The notes below the pieces were generated by a model. It was not told the origin of the DNA and ran no database searches. It saw nothing but the letters and a program-made list of their open reading frames with translations. A DNA stretch of 64,000 bases from Myxococcota bacterium (GTDB lineage: Bacteria; Myxococcota_A; UBA796; CAJQPC01). Both the position numbers and the translations under genes were made by a program. The DNA lies in contig JAZAMN010000020.1 of NCBI GenBank assembly GCA_036229005.1, positions 96,001-160,000 on the forward strand, given 5' to 3'. This document shows, one piece after another, positions 20,360 through 29,326 of this stretch. Each line of letters starts with the position of its first letter. Positions within the stretch are counted from its first letter, which is position 1.

Positions 20360-23300
20360 TCAGGGGATGGGCGGCAGCTCGGGAGGGGCCGTGGGGACCT
20401 CGCCGTCACCCCGGATGCGCTGGGGCTTGAGCTCGTGGGGCTGCTTTCCAGGGGTGAGCCGCAGAGTGGCGGGCTTCTTGGCCTCCTCTTCCTCCTGCTC
20501 CCCGTCCTGCTCATCCTGGTCGTCGGCGTTCTCGGGCTCGTCGTCGTCGTCGAGCACAGGGGCGCGATCGACCGGGGGCTTGTAGCGCTTGTCCTTGCCC
20601 TGGATCCCCAGGCGGATGTCGCGGGCCTCTTCCGCCTTCTTGCGGACGTGGGAGAGGCTGGGGTCGCAGATCAGGGCGTCCCGCCAGGCGGCATAGGCGG
20701 CCTCGGCGTCCTCCTGGGCCCACGCGGCGTCTCCCTGGGCGACCAGCTCCTGGGCCAGGGGCTCGGCGACCTGCCGCACGCGCTCCTCGTTGTGGTCGAA
20801 CCAGCGGGCCTCCTGGATCGCGGCGACGGCCTGGTCCTGGGAGTCGGCCTGGGCGGCGCGCTCGGCCCAGCAGCGGGCCACGGCGGCGTTGAGCTCGGGC
20901 TCTGCGTCCTCGCGCCAGTCGGGGTCGTCCCAGACGTGGTAGCGCGCCTGCCGCCACAGCTCGAAGCCCGCCCCACAGTCACCAGCCTGGGCGGCGCCGA
21001 GGGCCTTCTCCAGCGCGCGCTCGGCCTGCTCGGTGGCCTGGTCGCGAGAGACGATGTGGACGGCGTCGGGGAACTGGAAGCTGCCCTCCAGCGCGCCGGG
21101 CTCCGCGCCCTTGGGGAGCGCGGTGGGGGCGATGACCTGTCCGGTGGCGGCATCGAGCACCCAGAAGCCCAGCGCGTAGTCGCCCTCAGGCAGGTCGGCC
21201 GGCAGGGCGAAGTCCATGCGGGTGCGCACGTGGTCCGCGGCCTTCCAGTCCTGGGTGGGGATGTAGCCGTAGGCGGGAGGGAGCTGGGCCAGGTGGCGGT
21301 TGCCCTGGCCGTCATCGAGCACGGCGTAGACCTGGAGGTCGTCGTCTCGGAAGCCAGCGCGCAGCCAGTACTCGACGAAGAGGCGGCCGCCCTGGGGGAC
21401 AGCCGGCGCGGGCATGTGCCAGCCCTCGAAGCTCAGCTCGCCGTCCAGCGCCACGCGGCGGCCGGCGGGGCCCTCGTACTCGGGGCGCATGATGACGTCG
21501 CGCCGGACGTGGTTGCCGATGTGCAGGGCGACCTTGCCGGTGGGGTAGCCGGGGACCTCGATGTAGTTGTCCCGCCACGCGGGCAGGCTGGCGACCTTGG
21601 TCTTGCGGGCCCAGCCGGCGTGCTGGTGGGCGAAGGTCGGGGTGTTCTCTTCGAACACGTACTCGGTGATGAAGGGCTTCTGGTAGATGTGGCGGGCCAT
21701 GGGCACGTCCACCAGGCCGGCGACGTCCACGATGCGCCAGTCCGAGAAGTACATGTGGGCGCCCATGTCCACGTCGAAGAGGACGACCCGGTCGATGTGC
21801 ATGCGGTCCTGGACGCGCTGCATGTAGATCACGCGCTGGTGCACGTCGTTGACCGAGGTCACGGGCTTGCCGGCGGTGTGCACGAGCTGCCAGACGTTGG
21901 GGATCCAGAGGACCAGCAGCAGCGGCGCCCCCCAGGCCACGCGCACCCAGGTGAAGCGGCCACCGGGCAGGCTGCGCAGCAGCTCGGCCGCGCCCACGGA
22001 GAGCAGGACCAGGACGGGGATGATGACGTAGGAGACGAAGCGCCACTGGGACATCCAGTCGCCGCCGCTGTAGAGCACGAAGAAGCCGCCCACCAGGCTC
22101 ATGGCGCCGAGCATCCCGCGGGCCGCGCCGTCGCGCTCCAGGTGCACGAACAGGGACAGGACCAGCACCGCGCCGCCGCCCGCCATCAGGCCCTTGGGCA
22201 GGTAGGGGGGGACGGTCTCGGGCAGGCCAAAGGCGCCAACCAGCAGGGCCCCGAGGCCGATGAGCGCGACGCCCAGCCGGGACTGCATGGCCTGCTTGGA
22301 GGCCATCAGCAGGCTCACGCCCCCGACGGCCAGCACCGCGGTCACCCGGGAGCGATCCCAGTGGCGCTGGAGCCAGGCCAGCCAGTCGGGGTCGAAGCCC
22401 TCGGGCAGGCCATCCCGGCCGTTCCACAGCACGAACACGCCCAGCACCAGGGTGCCCAGGGCGATGACCCACTTGCGCCAGTCCTTCATGGTGGACAGGC
22501 CCAGGCCGATCAGCGGGGCGAACATGCCCAGGTGGTAGGCGCGCAGGTAGTCGCGCAGGTAGTCCCAGCCCCGGGTGGTCCACCGCCAGGGCTGGAAGCG
22601 GTTCTCCCCGTCCATCTTGGCGTAGTAGGTGTTGGGGAAGGGCCACGCAAAGTAGCTGTAGCGCCAGGCCTGGAAGAGGATGTAGGGCACAAAGAACACG
22701 GCCAGCCACAGGCCGACCTTGCGCACCACGCGCTGCTCATCACGGATAGCCAGGACCAGCATGAAGAAGCCGGCCACGGCGCCGTAGACGATGCCCTCGG
22801 GGCGGGTGGCGGCCAGGCCCAAGAAGGCCAGCGCGGACAGCGGGAAGCGCTCCCGGTCCCCCCGCGCCTCCAGCAGGGTGCGCCAGATGCCGGTGAGGAG
22901 CAGGATGGAGAAGAGGCTGTTCTCCAGGCCCGAGGCGTGCCAGGCGGAGACGGTCGTACTGGTGGCGACGAGCAGCGGGGCCAGCAGCACCAGGTGGTCA
23001 TCTTCCTGGGGGCGGGCCTCCTTGGCCAGCGCGTAGGACAGGGGCAGGCAGGCGAGGCCAAAGACGGCGCCCATGAGCTTGGCGCTCACGAAGCCGTTGA
23101 TCCCGACCAGGTACCCCAGGGCCATCAGGAAGGTCCAGAGGGGGTTGGAGAAGCCCTCCACCCGCTCGCCGCCCGCGTAGGTCACCCAGCCCTCTCCGGC
23201 CGCTGCGTTGCGCGCGTAGGCCATGGAGATGCCGGCGTCCTCGACAAAGTAGGTGCCGTAGTAGGCGAAGGTCCCCAGCATGAACAGGGACATCAGCCCC

Positions 23301-23410
23301 ATGGCGTAGACGTGCTGCCGCTCTCGCAGGGACAGCCGCCCCCACGCCCGCACGAATGGAGCGCCCACGAAGGACACGATGCGCTTGAATCGGGAGGGGC
23401 TCTGGGACAT
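20360..23410 (-). CDS. large GT-C-like membrane glycosyltransferase with periplasmic and TPR-like C-terminus
   Basis: EDAGISMAYARN, ERVEGFSNPLW, GLE, TRPEG, PNTYYAK, GGDWM..WRF, DVAGLVD. Confidence 0.75.
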   Translation of the reverse strand: MSQSPSRFKRIVSFVGAPFVRAWGRLSLRERQHVYAMGLMSLFMLGTFAYYGTYFVEDAGISMAYARNAAAGEGWVTYAGGERVEGFSNPLWTFLMALGYLVGINGFVSAKLMGAVFGLACLPLSYALAKEARPQEDDHLVLLAPLLVATSTTVSAWHASGLENSLFSILLLTGIWRTLLEARGDRERFPLSALAFLGLAATRPEGIVYGAVAGFFMLVLAIRDEQRVVRKVGLWLAVFFVPYILFQAWRYSYFAWPFPNTYYAKMDGENRFQPWRWTTRGWDYLRDYLRAYHLGMFAPLIGLGLSTMKDWRKWVIALGTLVLGVFVLWNGRDGLPEGFDPDWLAWLQRHWDRSRVTAVLAVGGVSLLMASKQAMQSRLGVALIGLGALLVGAFGLPETVPPYLPKGLMAGGGAVLVLSLFVHLERDGAARGMLGAMSLVGGFFVLYSGGDWMSQWRFVSYVIIPVLVLLSVGAAELLRSLPGGRFTWVRVAWGAPLLLVLWIPNVWQLVHTAGKPVTSVNDVHQRVIYMQRVQDRMHIDRVVLFDVDMGAHMYFSDWRIVDVAGLVDVPMARHIYQKPFITEYVFEENTPTFAHQHAGWARKTKVASLPAWRDNYIEVPGYPTGKVALHIGNHVRRDVIMRPEYEGPAGRRVALDGELSFEGWHMPAPAVPQGGRLFVEYWLRAGFRDDDLQVYAVLDDGQGNRHLAQLPPAYGYIPTQDWKAADHVRTRMDFALPADLPEGDYALGFWVLDAATGQVIAPTALPKGAEPGALEGSFQFPDAVHIVSRDQATEQAERALEKALGAAQAGDCGAGFELWRQARYHVWDDPDWREDAEPELNAAVARCWAERAAQADSQDQAVAAIQEARWFDHNEERVRQVAEPLAQELVAQGDAAWAQEDAEAAYAAWRDALICDPSLSHVRKKAEEARDIRLGIQGKDKRYKPPVDRAPVLDDDDEPENADDQDEQDGEQEEEEAKKPATLRLTPGKQPHELKPQRIRGDGEVPTAPPELPPIP

Positions 23411-23455
23411 GTCCTGCGCCCTTAACGCGCCTGCAGGCGGGGGAAAGCGCGCTCG

Positions 23456-23827
23456 TCAGCGACGACGGCGGCGGCTGCGTTGGGTCGGCGTCTGCCCCAC
23501 CCGGTCGGGGTGCTTGAGGCGGTCGCGGGCGCGCAGCGTGGCCCGGCGCATGTGCCGCTGCCGGATGCGGGCGAGCAGCTCATCCAGCTCGGCCTCCCAG
23601 GCGCGCGGCGCGTTGAGGCAGAGCAGCCGCGCGGCCCGACGGGCCTTGAGGATCTCCGGGTCATCGCTCTCCCCCCCAAGCAGCCCCACCACCCGCGCCG
23701 CGAGCTGCGGCCGGCCCGCCCGGAGGCAGGCCTTGACCGCCTCTCCGAGCCTCTCGTCGTCCAACTCCCGCAGGCCGCTGAGCCACTGCTCTTCGGCCTC
23801 GGGGGCGCGGGCAGGGAGCTCCGCCAC
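23456..23827 (-). CDS. hypothetical protein downstream of pspA-like gene
   Basis: Abuts the pspA-like stop; helical, basic C-terminus. Confidence 0.6.
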   Translation of the reverse strand: MAELPARAPEAEEQWLSGLRELDDERLGEAVKACLRAGRPQLAARVVGLLGGESDDPEILKARRAARLLCLNAPRAWEAELDELLARIRQRHMRRATLRARDRLKHPDRVGQTPTQRSRRRRR

Positions 23828-24550
23828 CTACATGGTCTTCTTGACGCCGCCGGCCGCCTGGCCCTGCGCCGACTTGCGCGCTGCCATCTGCTTCTTGAGC
23901 TCGGCAAGCTGGGACTGCGCGGCCGCGTTCGCGGTCTTCTTCTTGATCTTGGCGAGCTTGTCGTCCAGGGACTCGCCCTTGATCTCCGCGCCCACGTCCG
24001 CCTGGGCCTGGAGCTTGTCGACGTGCTCGCGCACGTTCTCCAGGGCCTTGATGTCGGCGTCGGTGCTCAGCCCGTCCAGGGTCTCCTGGATGGAGATGCG
24101 CGCCTCGGCGTTGGCCTTCTTGGCCAGCACCTCGTTCTTCTCGCGCTTGAGCTTCTCGATCTCCGCCTGGAAGGCGACCAGGCCGCTCTTGGCCTCTTCG
24201 GCCTGGGTGGCGACCTTCTCCATCTCGACGGAGAGGGAGGCGATCTTGGCGGTCAGCTCGTCCTTCTTCTGGATCAGGACCAGAGCGACGTCGTCCTCGC
24301 CCTCCTCGACCGCGACGGGGATCTGGATCTGGACCTCGGCCAGCTCCTTCTCGGCCTGCTCGAGCTCCGCGCCCAGCTTGTTGCGCAGGTAGACGATGCC
24401 GGAGACCGCCTTCTTGAGCTCGCGGTGCTTCTTGATCCGCTCCTCGATGGCGGCCTCGTAGACCGCCTCGGGGTTCTTCTGCTCGACTTCCGAGACCCAA
24501 AGCGAGATGAAGCCCTTCCAGACGTTCGCGATACGATCGAACAGACCCAT
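23828..24550 (-). CDS. PspA/IM30 (ESCRT-III-like) family protein
   Basis: MGLFDRI amphipathic N-terminus, E.KNPE, long coiled coil, LAELKKQM end. Confidence 0.88.
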   Translation of the reverse strand: MGLFDRIANVWKGFISLWVSEVEQKNPEAVYEAAIEERIKKHRELKKAVSGIVYLRNKLGAELEQAEKELAEVQIQIPVAVEEGEDDVALVLIQKKDELTAKIASLSVEMEKVATQAEEAKSGLVAFQAEIEKLKREKNEVLAKKANAEARISIQETLDGLSTDADIKALENVREHVDKLQAQADVGAEIKGESLDDKLAKIKKKTANAAAQSQLAELKKQMAARKSAQGQAAGGVKKTM

Positions 24551-24689
24551 TTGGGAGACCCTTTTCTGCGGGTTTTTGCGCGCCAGCCCCCGCGAGAAGT
24601 TCGGCGGGATCGTCGCTTTCCTATGCCCTGAGACTACTGGGTTTGGGGGGCCGTCGCAAGGCTCTGGAGCTACGCGCGCCCGCGCTCGG

Positions 24690-25061
24690 CTATTGCGATC
24701 CCAGGCGCGCGAGCCAGAGACCTGAAAGACCTCCGAGCAGGCAGAGCACCAGGGTCCCGACCACGTTCAGGGCGGCCATCCCGTGGCTCCCGGTCTCCCA
24801 GAGCCGCAGGGTGTCGTGGTTGAAGGTCGAGTAGGTCGTGAAGCCCCCCATCAGCCCGGTGCCCACCAGCAGCTTGACGCGGGGATCGGCTGAGATGCTG
24901 TGGGCCATCAGGAAGGCCAGCGCGCAGCTCCCCAGCAGGTTCACGGCCCAGGTCCCCCAATGCCCGGGGAGGAGCAGGGAGACGCCGTAGCGCAGGCTGG
25001 CCCCCAGGCCGCCTCCGACGAACACCAGCAAGAGCTTCTGCACGCGCGCCTCCTTGGCCAT
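24690..25061 (-). CDS. crcB: fluoride efflux channel Fluc
   Basis: GGGLGASLRY, GT.AVNLLGS, GLMGGFTTYSTF. Confidence 0.93.
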   Translation of the reverse strand: MAKEARVQKLLLVFVGGGLGASLRYGVSLLLPGHWGTWAVNLLGSCALAFLMAHSISADPRVKLLVGTGLMGGFTTYSTFNHDTLRLWETGSHGMAALNVVGTLVLCLLGGLSGLWLARLGSQ

Positions 25062-25081
25062 GCTCGGGTTAGCCTGCCACG

Positions 25082-25525
25082 ATGAACCCGATCCTGCTCG
25101 CTGGCCTGCTCGCGGCCCACGCCCAGACGTCCCCTCCCCTGCCTCTGGTGGAGGCCCGCGCGGGGGGCGACTTCATGGCCTATCCCGGTCAGACCGTGGA
25201 GCTGGCGGGGAGCTCCGCGGGTGGAGGAGAAGAGGTGAGCTACGCGTGGGTGCGGCGCTCCGGTCCCCCAGCGGAGCTGGACGACCCGAGCTCCGCGACA
25301 CCCAGGTTCACCCCCCAGGAGCCTGGCTCGTATGTCTGGGAGTTGACCGCCACCTCCGGCGGCGAAGCGAGCCTCCCAGACGAGGTCACCGTGGTGATCG
25401 TGCGCACGGACACCTCGGAGATGACCCCCAGTAGCTGCAGCGTGGCGGCGGGCAGCCGCCTCGCCGGCGGCGCCTGGGGCCTGCTGGGCGCGCTGGCGCT
25501 GCTGCGCCGGCGCCGCAGGCGCTGA
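25082..25525 (+). CDS. PKD/Ig-like domain protein with MYXO-CTERM sorting tail
   Basis: AGGD...G.TV.L.GS, YAW, PG.Y...LT; C-terminal SSCS...LLGALALLRRRRRR. Confidence 0.8.
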   Translation: MNPILLAGLLAAHAQTSPPLPLVEARAGGDFMAYPGQTVELAGSSAGGGEEVSYAWVRRSGPPAELDDPSSATPRFTPQEPGSYVWELTATSGGEASLPDEVTVVIVRTDTSEMTPSSCSVAAGSRLAGGAWGLLGALALLRRRRRR

Positions 25526-25546
25526 CCGCCCCCAGAGGAGCCCCCC

Positions 25547-26308
25547 ATGGATGAGATGGACCTGCGCCGCGAGCTCCCCATGGAGGCCCAGCTCGACCTG
25601 GGCCAGCTCCGCGAGCTGGACCGCTTGCAGACGGCGCTGGTGCGCATGCAGGGCAAGATGGCTCAGGACGGCCGGCGCCTGGTCGTGCTGTTCGAGGGCC
25701 GGGACACCGCCGGCAAAGGCGGCGCCATCCTGCGCTTCCTGCGCTACCTGGACCCGCGCCGTGCGCGCGTGGTGGCCCTGCCCAAGCCCAGCGAGCGAGA
25801 GCGCGGCCAGTGGTACTTCCAGCGCTACATCCAGCACCTGCCCACCACGAGCGAGATGGTGCTGTTCGACCGGAGCTGGTACACGCGCGCGGTGGTGGAG
25901 CCCGCCCTGGGCTTCTGCACGGAGGCCGAGCTGGAGCGCTTCCTGGTGCAGGCGCCACGCTTTGAGCAGATGCTCCAGGAGGACGGGATCCACCTGATCA
26001 AGCTGTGGTTCTCCATCACCAAGGAGACCCAGCAGCAGCGCCTGCTGGAGCGCCAGAGCGACCCCCGCAAGACCTGGAAGCTCAGCCCGGTGGACCGGCT
26101 GGCCCAGGACGCCTGGGACCGCTTCACGGTCTACAAGCAGCAGATGTTCGCGCAGACCTCCACGCCGCAGTCGCCGTGGAACATCGTGCTGGGCGAGGAC
26201 AAGTACCGCGCGCGCACCGAGGCGATGCGCGTCGTCCTGGAGGCCATGGGCCACCAGGAGCCAGGGCTGCGGACCACACCCGACCCCCAGGTGGTGACGC
26301 GGGCCTGA
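25547..26308 (+). CDS. ppk2: polyphosphate kinase 2 (class I)
   Basis: FEGRDTAGKGGAI, QWYFQRY, FDRSWY, WKLSPVD. Confidence 0.95.
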   Translation: MDEMDLRRELPMEAQLDLGQLRELDRLQTALVRMQGKMAQDGRRLVVLFEGRDTAGKGGAILRFLRYLDPRRARVVALPKPSERERGQWYFQRYIQHLPTTSEMVLFDRSWYTRAVVEPALGFCTEAELERFLVQAPRFEQMLQEDGIHLIKLWFSITKETQQQRLLERQSDPRKTWKLSPVDRLAQDAWDRFTVYKQQMFAQTSTPQSPWNIVLGEDKYRARTEAMRVVLEAMGHQEPGLRTTPDPQVVTRA

Positions 26309-26314
26309 CTTCGG

Positions 26315-28114
26315 TCAGGGACAGCGGACCGCGCCCGCGTCCTCCCGGAAGAGCCAGCGGGCGTCAGCCTCTGGCGTCAGCACGCAGCTCCCCCCGCTGT
26401 TGTTGGGGAAGCTGACCCGCACGGTCACCGCCTGCCCAGCGGGAAGCTCCAGGCTGCCGGGGGCCTGAACGCTGATGCCCCCCACGCGCAGGGTCGCGCC
26501 GGCAGGCACGGACGCCACCCGGACGCTGACGGGCGGGTCCATGACCGCATCTTCGGTCTCGGGGGCGGGCTCGATGTCGCGCTCGGGGATGGGCTCCCGG
26601 GGGGTCTCTGCGAGCTCCACGGGGGGCGGAGGGGGCTCTTCGGGCTCGGTGGCGGGCTCCGGGGCCGCAGGCTCCGCGGCCGCGTGCTGGGCCAGGGTGT
26701 CCTCGTCTGCGGGCGGATCGGCGGGGGTGGTGTCCGCTGCGGGAGCCGGAGGGGTGGGGTCGGCGGGCGCGGGCGCCGGGATCTGCTCCTCCACCTGCTG
26801 GAGCTCAGGAGTCTGGATGGGCTCGGGGACGGGCTCCTTGTCCTTGAGCATCATCATCAGGATGCCGCCGGCGAAGGCCAGACCCAGAGCGATGCCCAGG
26901 CCACCAAAGAGCAGGAAGCGACCGACGCCGGGGCCCTGCTCGTCTTCGGGGGTGGGGGGGAGCACGGGCTCGGGGCGGCGGCGCACAGCAGGCGGCGTGG
27001 GCTGGGAGACCGGCGGGGTGGGCTCGACCTTGGGCTCGGTCTGGGGCTTTGCGGCGCTGTCGGCCCCGCTCCAGGCGTCGGAGGCGCGCTCGCTGCGGTC
27101 GATGTCCCGCAGACCGGAGCGGCCAAGGGTGGCCTCGAGGGGGGCGGGCTCCTGAAGCTCGCGGGCGTTGTAGAGGGGCTCGACGCTGACCTGGGCGTAC
27201 TGGTCCACGGTCACGGTGCCGCGGGGCAGGCGCTTGAGGAACTCCGAGCAGAGGCGGCGCATGTCGGAGGCGGTGGGCCGGCGCTTGGCCTCGTAGCGCA
27301 TGCAGCGGCCGATCAGGTTGCGCAGGGCGCGCAGGGCGGGGTGGCCCTCCGGGAACTCGGCGGGCTGGAGGGCGGCGAGGCGCTCTTCGAGCTTGGCGGC
27401 GTGCTTGGTGGGGCTCACGCTGAGGCGGCCCAGGGGTACGCCGGCGATCAGCTCGTAGAGGGTGGCGCCCAGGGCGTACATGTCGACGGTGGGGTCGGCC
27501 TCGGCGCCGTCGAAGCACTCGGGGGCCATGTAGAGGGGCGAGCCGAGGGTGAGGGCGGAGGTGTGCGCGCCCCGCTCGCCGAACTCGGCGCGGGCGGTGC
27601 CGAAGTCCAGCACCTTGACGCCGCCGGAGACGGACAGGATGATGTTGGAGGGCTTGATGTCGCGGTGCACCACGCGCAGCGGCTCGCGGGAGCCGGGGGG
27701 GCGCTGGTTGAAGGCGGCGTCCAGGGCGGAGGACACCTTGGCGGCGATGGCCACGGCCACGCTGACGGGCAGCGGACCGACGCCCTTGAGGATGCGGTCC
27801 AGCGTGAGGCCCTGGACGTGCTCCATGACGACCGCGGGGCGGCCGTCGATCTCGGTGAGCTGCTCGACCCGCACGATGTTGTCGTGGTTGAGGCGCGCGA
27901 GCAGGGCGGCCTCGTCCCGGGAGCGGATGAGGATCTCGGGGTGCTCGGCCCACTCGGACTTGAGGACCTTGAGCACGACGGTGCGCTGGATGGCGCCTTC
28001 CGAGATCAGGGCGACGTAGACGGCACCGAAGCTGCCTTCGCCCAGAGTCTCCAGGATTTCAGTGTTGGGGGGTAGGGCCACGGACCACGCAGGGGAGGAC
28101 CCGAACGGTAGCAC
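26315..28114 (-). CDS. Hanks-type Ser/Thr protein kinase with TM, Pro-rich linker and PEGA-like end
   Basis: GEGSFG, VLK, HRDIKPSN, DFG, YMAPE; start codon uncertain. Confidence 0.92.
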   Translation of the reverse strand: MLPFGSSPAWSVALPPNTEILETLGEGSFGAVYVALISEGAIQRTVVLKVLKSEWAEHPEILIRSRDEAALLARLNHDNIVRVEQLTEIDGRPAVVMEHVQGLTLDRILKGVGPLPVSVAVAIAAKVSSALDAAFNQRPPGSREPLRVVHRDIKPSNIILSVSGGVKVLDFGTARAEFGERGAHTSALTLGSPLYMAPECFDGAEADPTVDMYALGATLYELIAGVPLGRLSVSPTKHAAKLEERLAALQPAEFPEGHPALRALRNLIGRCMRYEAKRRPTASDMRRLCSEFLKRLPRGTVTVDQYAQVSVEPLYNARELQEPAPLEATLGRSGLRDIDRSERASDAWSGADSAAKPQTEPKVEPTPPVSQPTPPAVRRRPEPVLPPTPEDEQGPGVGRFLLFGGLGIALGLAFAGGILMMMLKDKEPVPEPIQTPELQQVEEQIPAPAPADPTPPAPAADTTPADPPADEDTLAQHAAAEPAAPEPATEPEEPPPPPVELAETPREPIPERDIEPAPETEDAVMDPPVSVRVASVPAGATLRVGGISVQAPGSLELPAGQAVTVRVSFPNNSGGSCVLTPEADARWLFREDAGAVRCP

Positions 28115-28156
28115 GGACGTCGGCTCAGCCGAATGACGGCGTGTTTCAGCGCCGTG

Positions 28157-29326
28157 TCAGATGCCCAGGCTGCCTCCTACACCCACCTGCGCCCAGCTCA
28201 GGCTGTCCCCTTGGTTCCCGCGGAAGGTGTTCGCGCTGGCGCCAACCCACAGGGGCACGGCGCTGACGCCGGGGAGGCTGACCCGAGTCCCCAGGCGCGC
28301 CCCGACTCCGGTCTGCAGGCCCTCCAGGGCGAGGCTGAGGGCGAGGGCATCGCTGGCCTGGAGGCCCAGGAGCAGGCTGCCACCGAAGGCGAAATCGGGC
28401 TCGAAGGTGGGCGCGCTGCTGTCCCCGTCGCTGGTGGGGCGGCTGGCGCCAGCGACCAGGACGGCGGGGGCCAGGTGGAGGCGCTTGCCCTGGGTCTGCT
28501 GCCAGCCGCCGCCGACGGCGACGCGGTTGCTGCCGCCGGAGTGGCTGCCGGTGGCCCAGGGGATGAGGTTGGCGTCCGCGCGCAGGTGCCAGGTGCCGGT
28601 GCTGTGCAGGCCGACGGAGAGCGCCGGGGCGCCGATGAGCCCGCTCCACACGGTGGTGGGGGTGGTGTAGCTGGCGTGGCCGATCTGGTAGGCGAGGCCG
28701 GCGTTCAGCACCAGGGTGACCTCGCTTGGGGATGCGGGGGTCGAGGTGTTGGTCTGGGGCGGGGGCGGTGGCGGTGTGGCCCCGACCGCGTGCACCTGGA
28801 TCCGCTCCCTCCCCCCCGGGCCGAGCTGGAGGACGCGGGTGGTCCAGGCGCCGTCGTCGCCCATCCACTGGACGATGTGCCAGCCGGCGGCGACCTGCTG
28901 GGGGCCGGTGTCGTAGTGGATCTGGCCGTCCACGAAGAGCACGGCGGGGGCGGGCTGGAAGTCCAGGTCCAGGTAGGCGGTCTCGGTGGGCGCGGCGGCG
29001 GCGAGGGCCTGGGCGAACTGGGGGCCGTAGTCGGGGTCGGGGGGCTCGCCGAGGATGGCGGCGCGCTGGAGGTGGTCCTTGGGGTCCTGCCCCAGGAAGA
29101 GGGCGTAGGCGGCCTGGCTCTGCATGAGCCGCGCGAGGTCCACCCGGTCGACGGGGCCGTCCAGGCAGGGGAGCAGGGCTTCGAGGCGGGCGAGCTCGTC
29201 GGCGGCAGCGGGCTCACCGAAGAGCACGCCCTCCTTGACCTGGTCCAGGCGGGCGCTGAAGGCATCGGGGCTCAGGGGCGCAGTGCACTCCTGGGCCTGC
29301 GCGGCGCTGAGGAGGAGCAACAGCAC
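28157..29326 (-). CDS. secreted hypothetical protein (helical, PEGA-like and beta-barrel-like regions)
   Basis: Short signal [16 protein letters not shown]; beta-rich C-terminus; coupled to the upstream stop. Confidence 0.7.
   Translation of the reverse strand: MLLLLLSAAQAQECTAPLSPDAFSARLDQVKEGVLFGEPAAADELARLEALLPCLDGPVDRVDLARLMQSQAAYALFLGQDPKDHLQRAAILGEPPDPDYGPQFAQALAAAAPTETAYLDLDFQPAPAVLFVDGQIHYDTGPQQVAAGWHIVQWMGDDGAWTTRVLQLGPGGRERIQVHAVGATPPPPPPQTNTSTPASPSEVTLVLNAGLAYQIGHASYTTPTTVWSGLIGAPALSVGLHSTGTWHLRADANLIPWATGSHSGGSNRVAVGGGWQQTQGKRLHLAPAVLVAGASRPTSDGDSSAPTFEPDFAFGGSLLLGLQASDALALSLALEGLQTGVGARLGTRVSLPGVSAVPLWVGASANTFRGNQGDSLSWAQVGVGGSLGI

Noticed and set aside
24551..24689. Sigma-54 or sigma-E promoter for the pspA-like gene
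   Set aside because: TGGCGCG lacks the -12 TTGC, and GAACTT lacks a convincing -10 element
25061..25082. Fluoride riboswitch before crcB
   Set aside because: Only about 20 bp separate crcB from the divergent gene, and no GGCGATGG-like motif is visible
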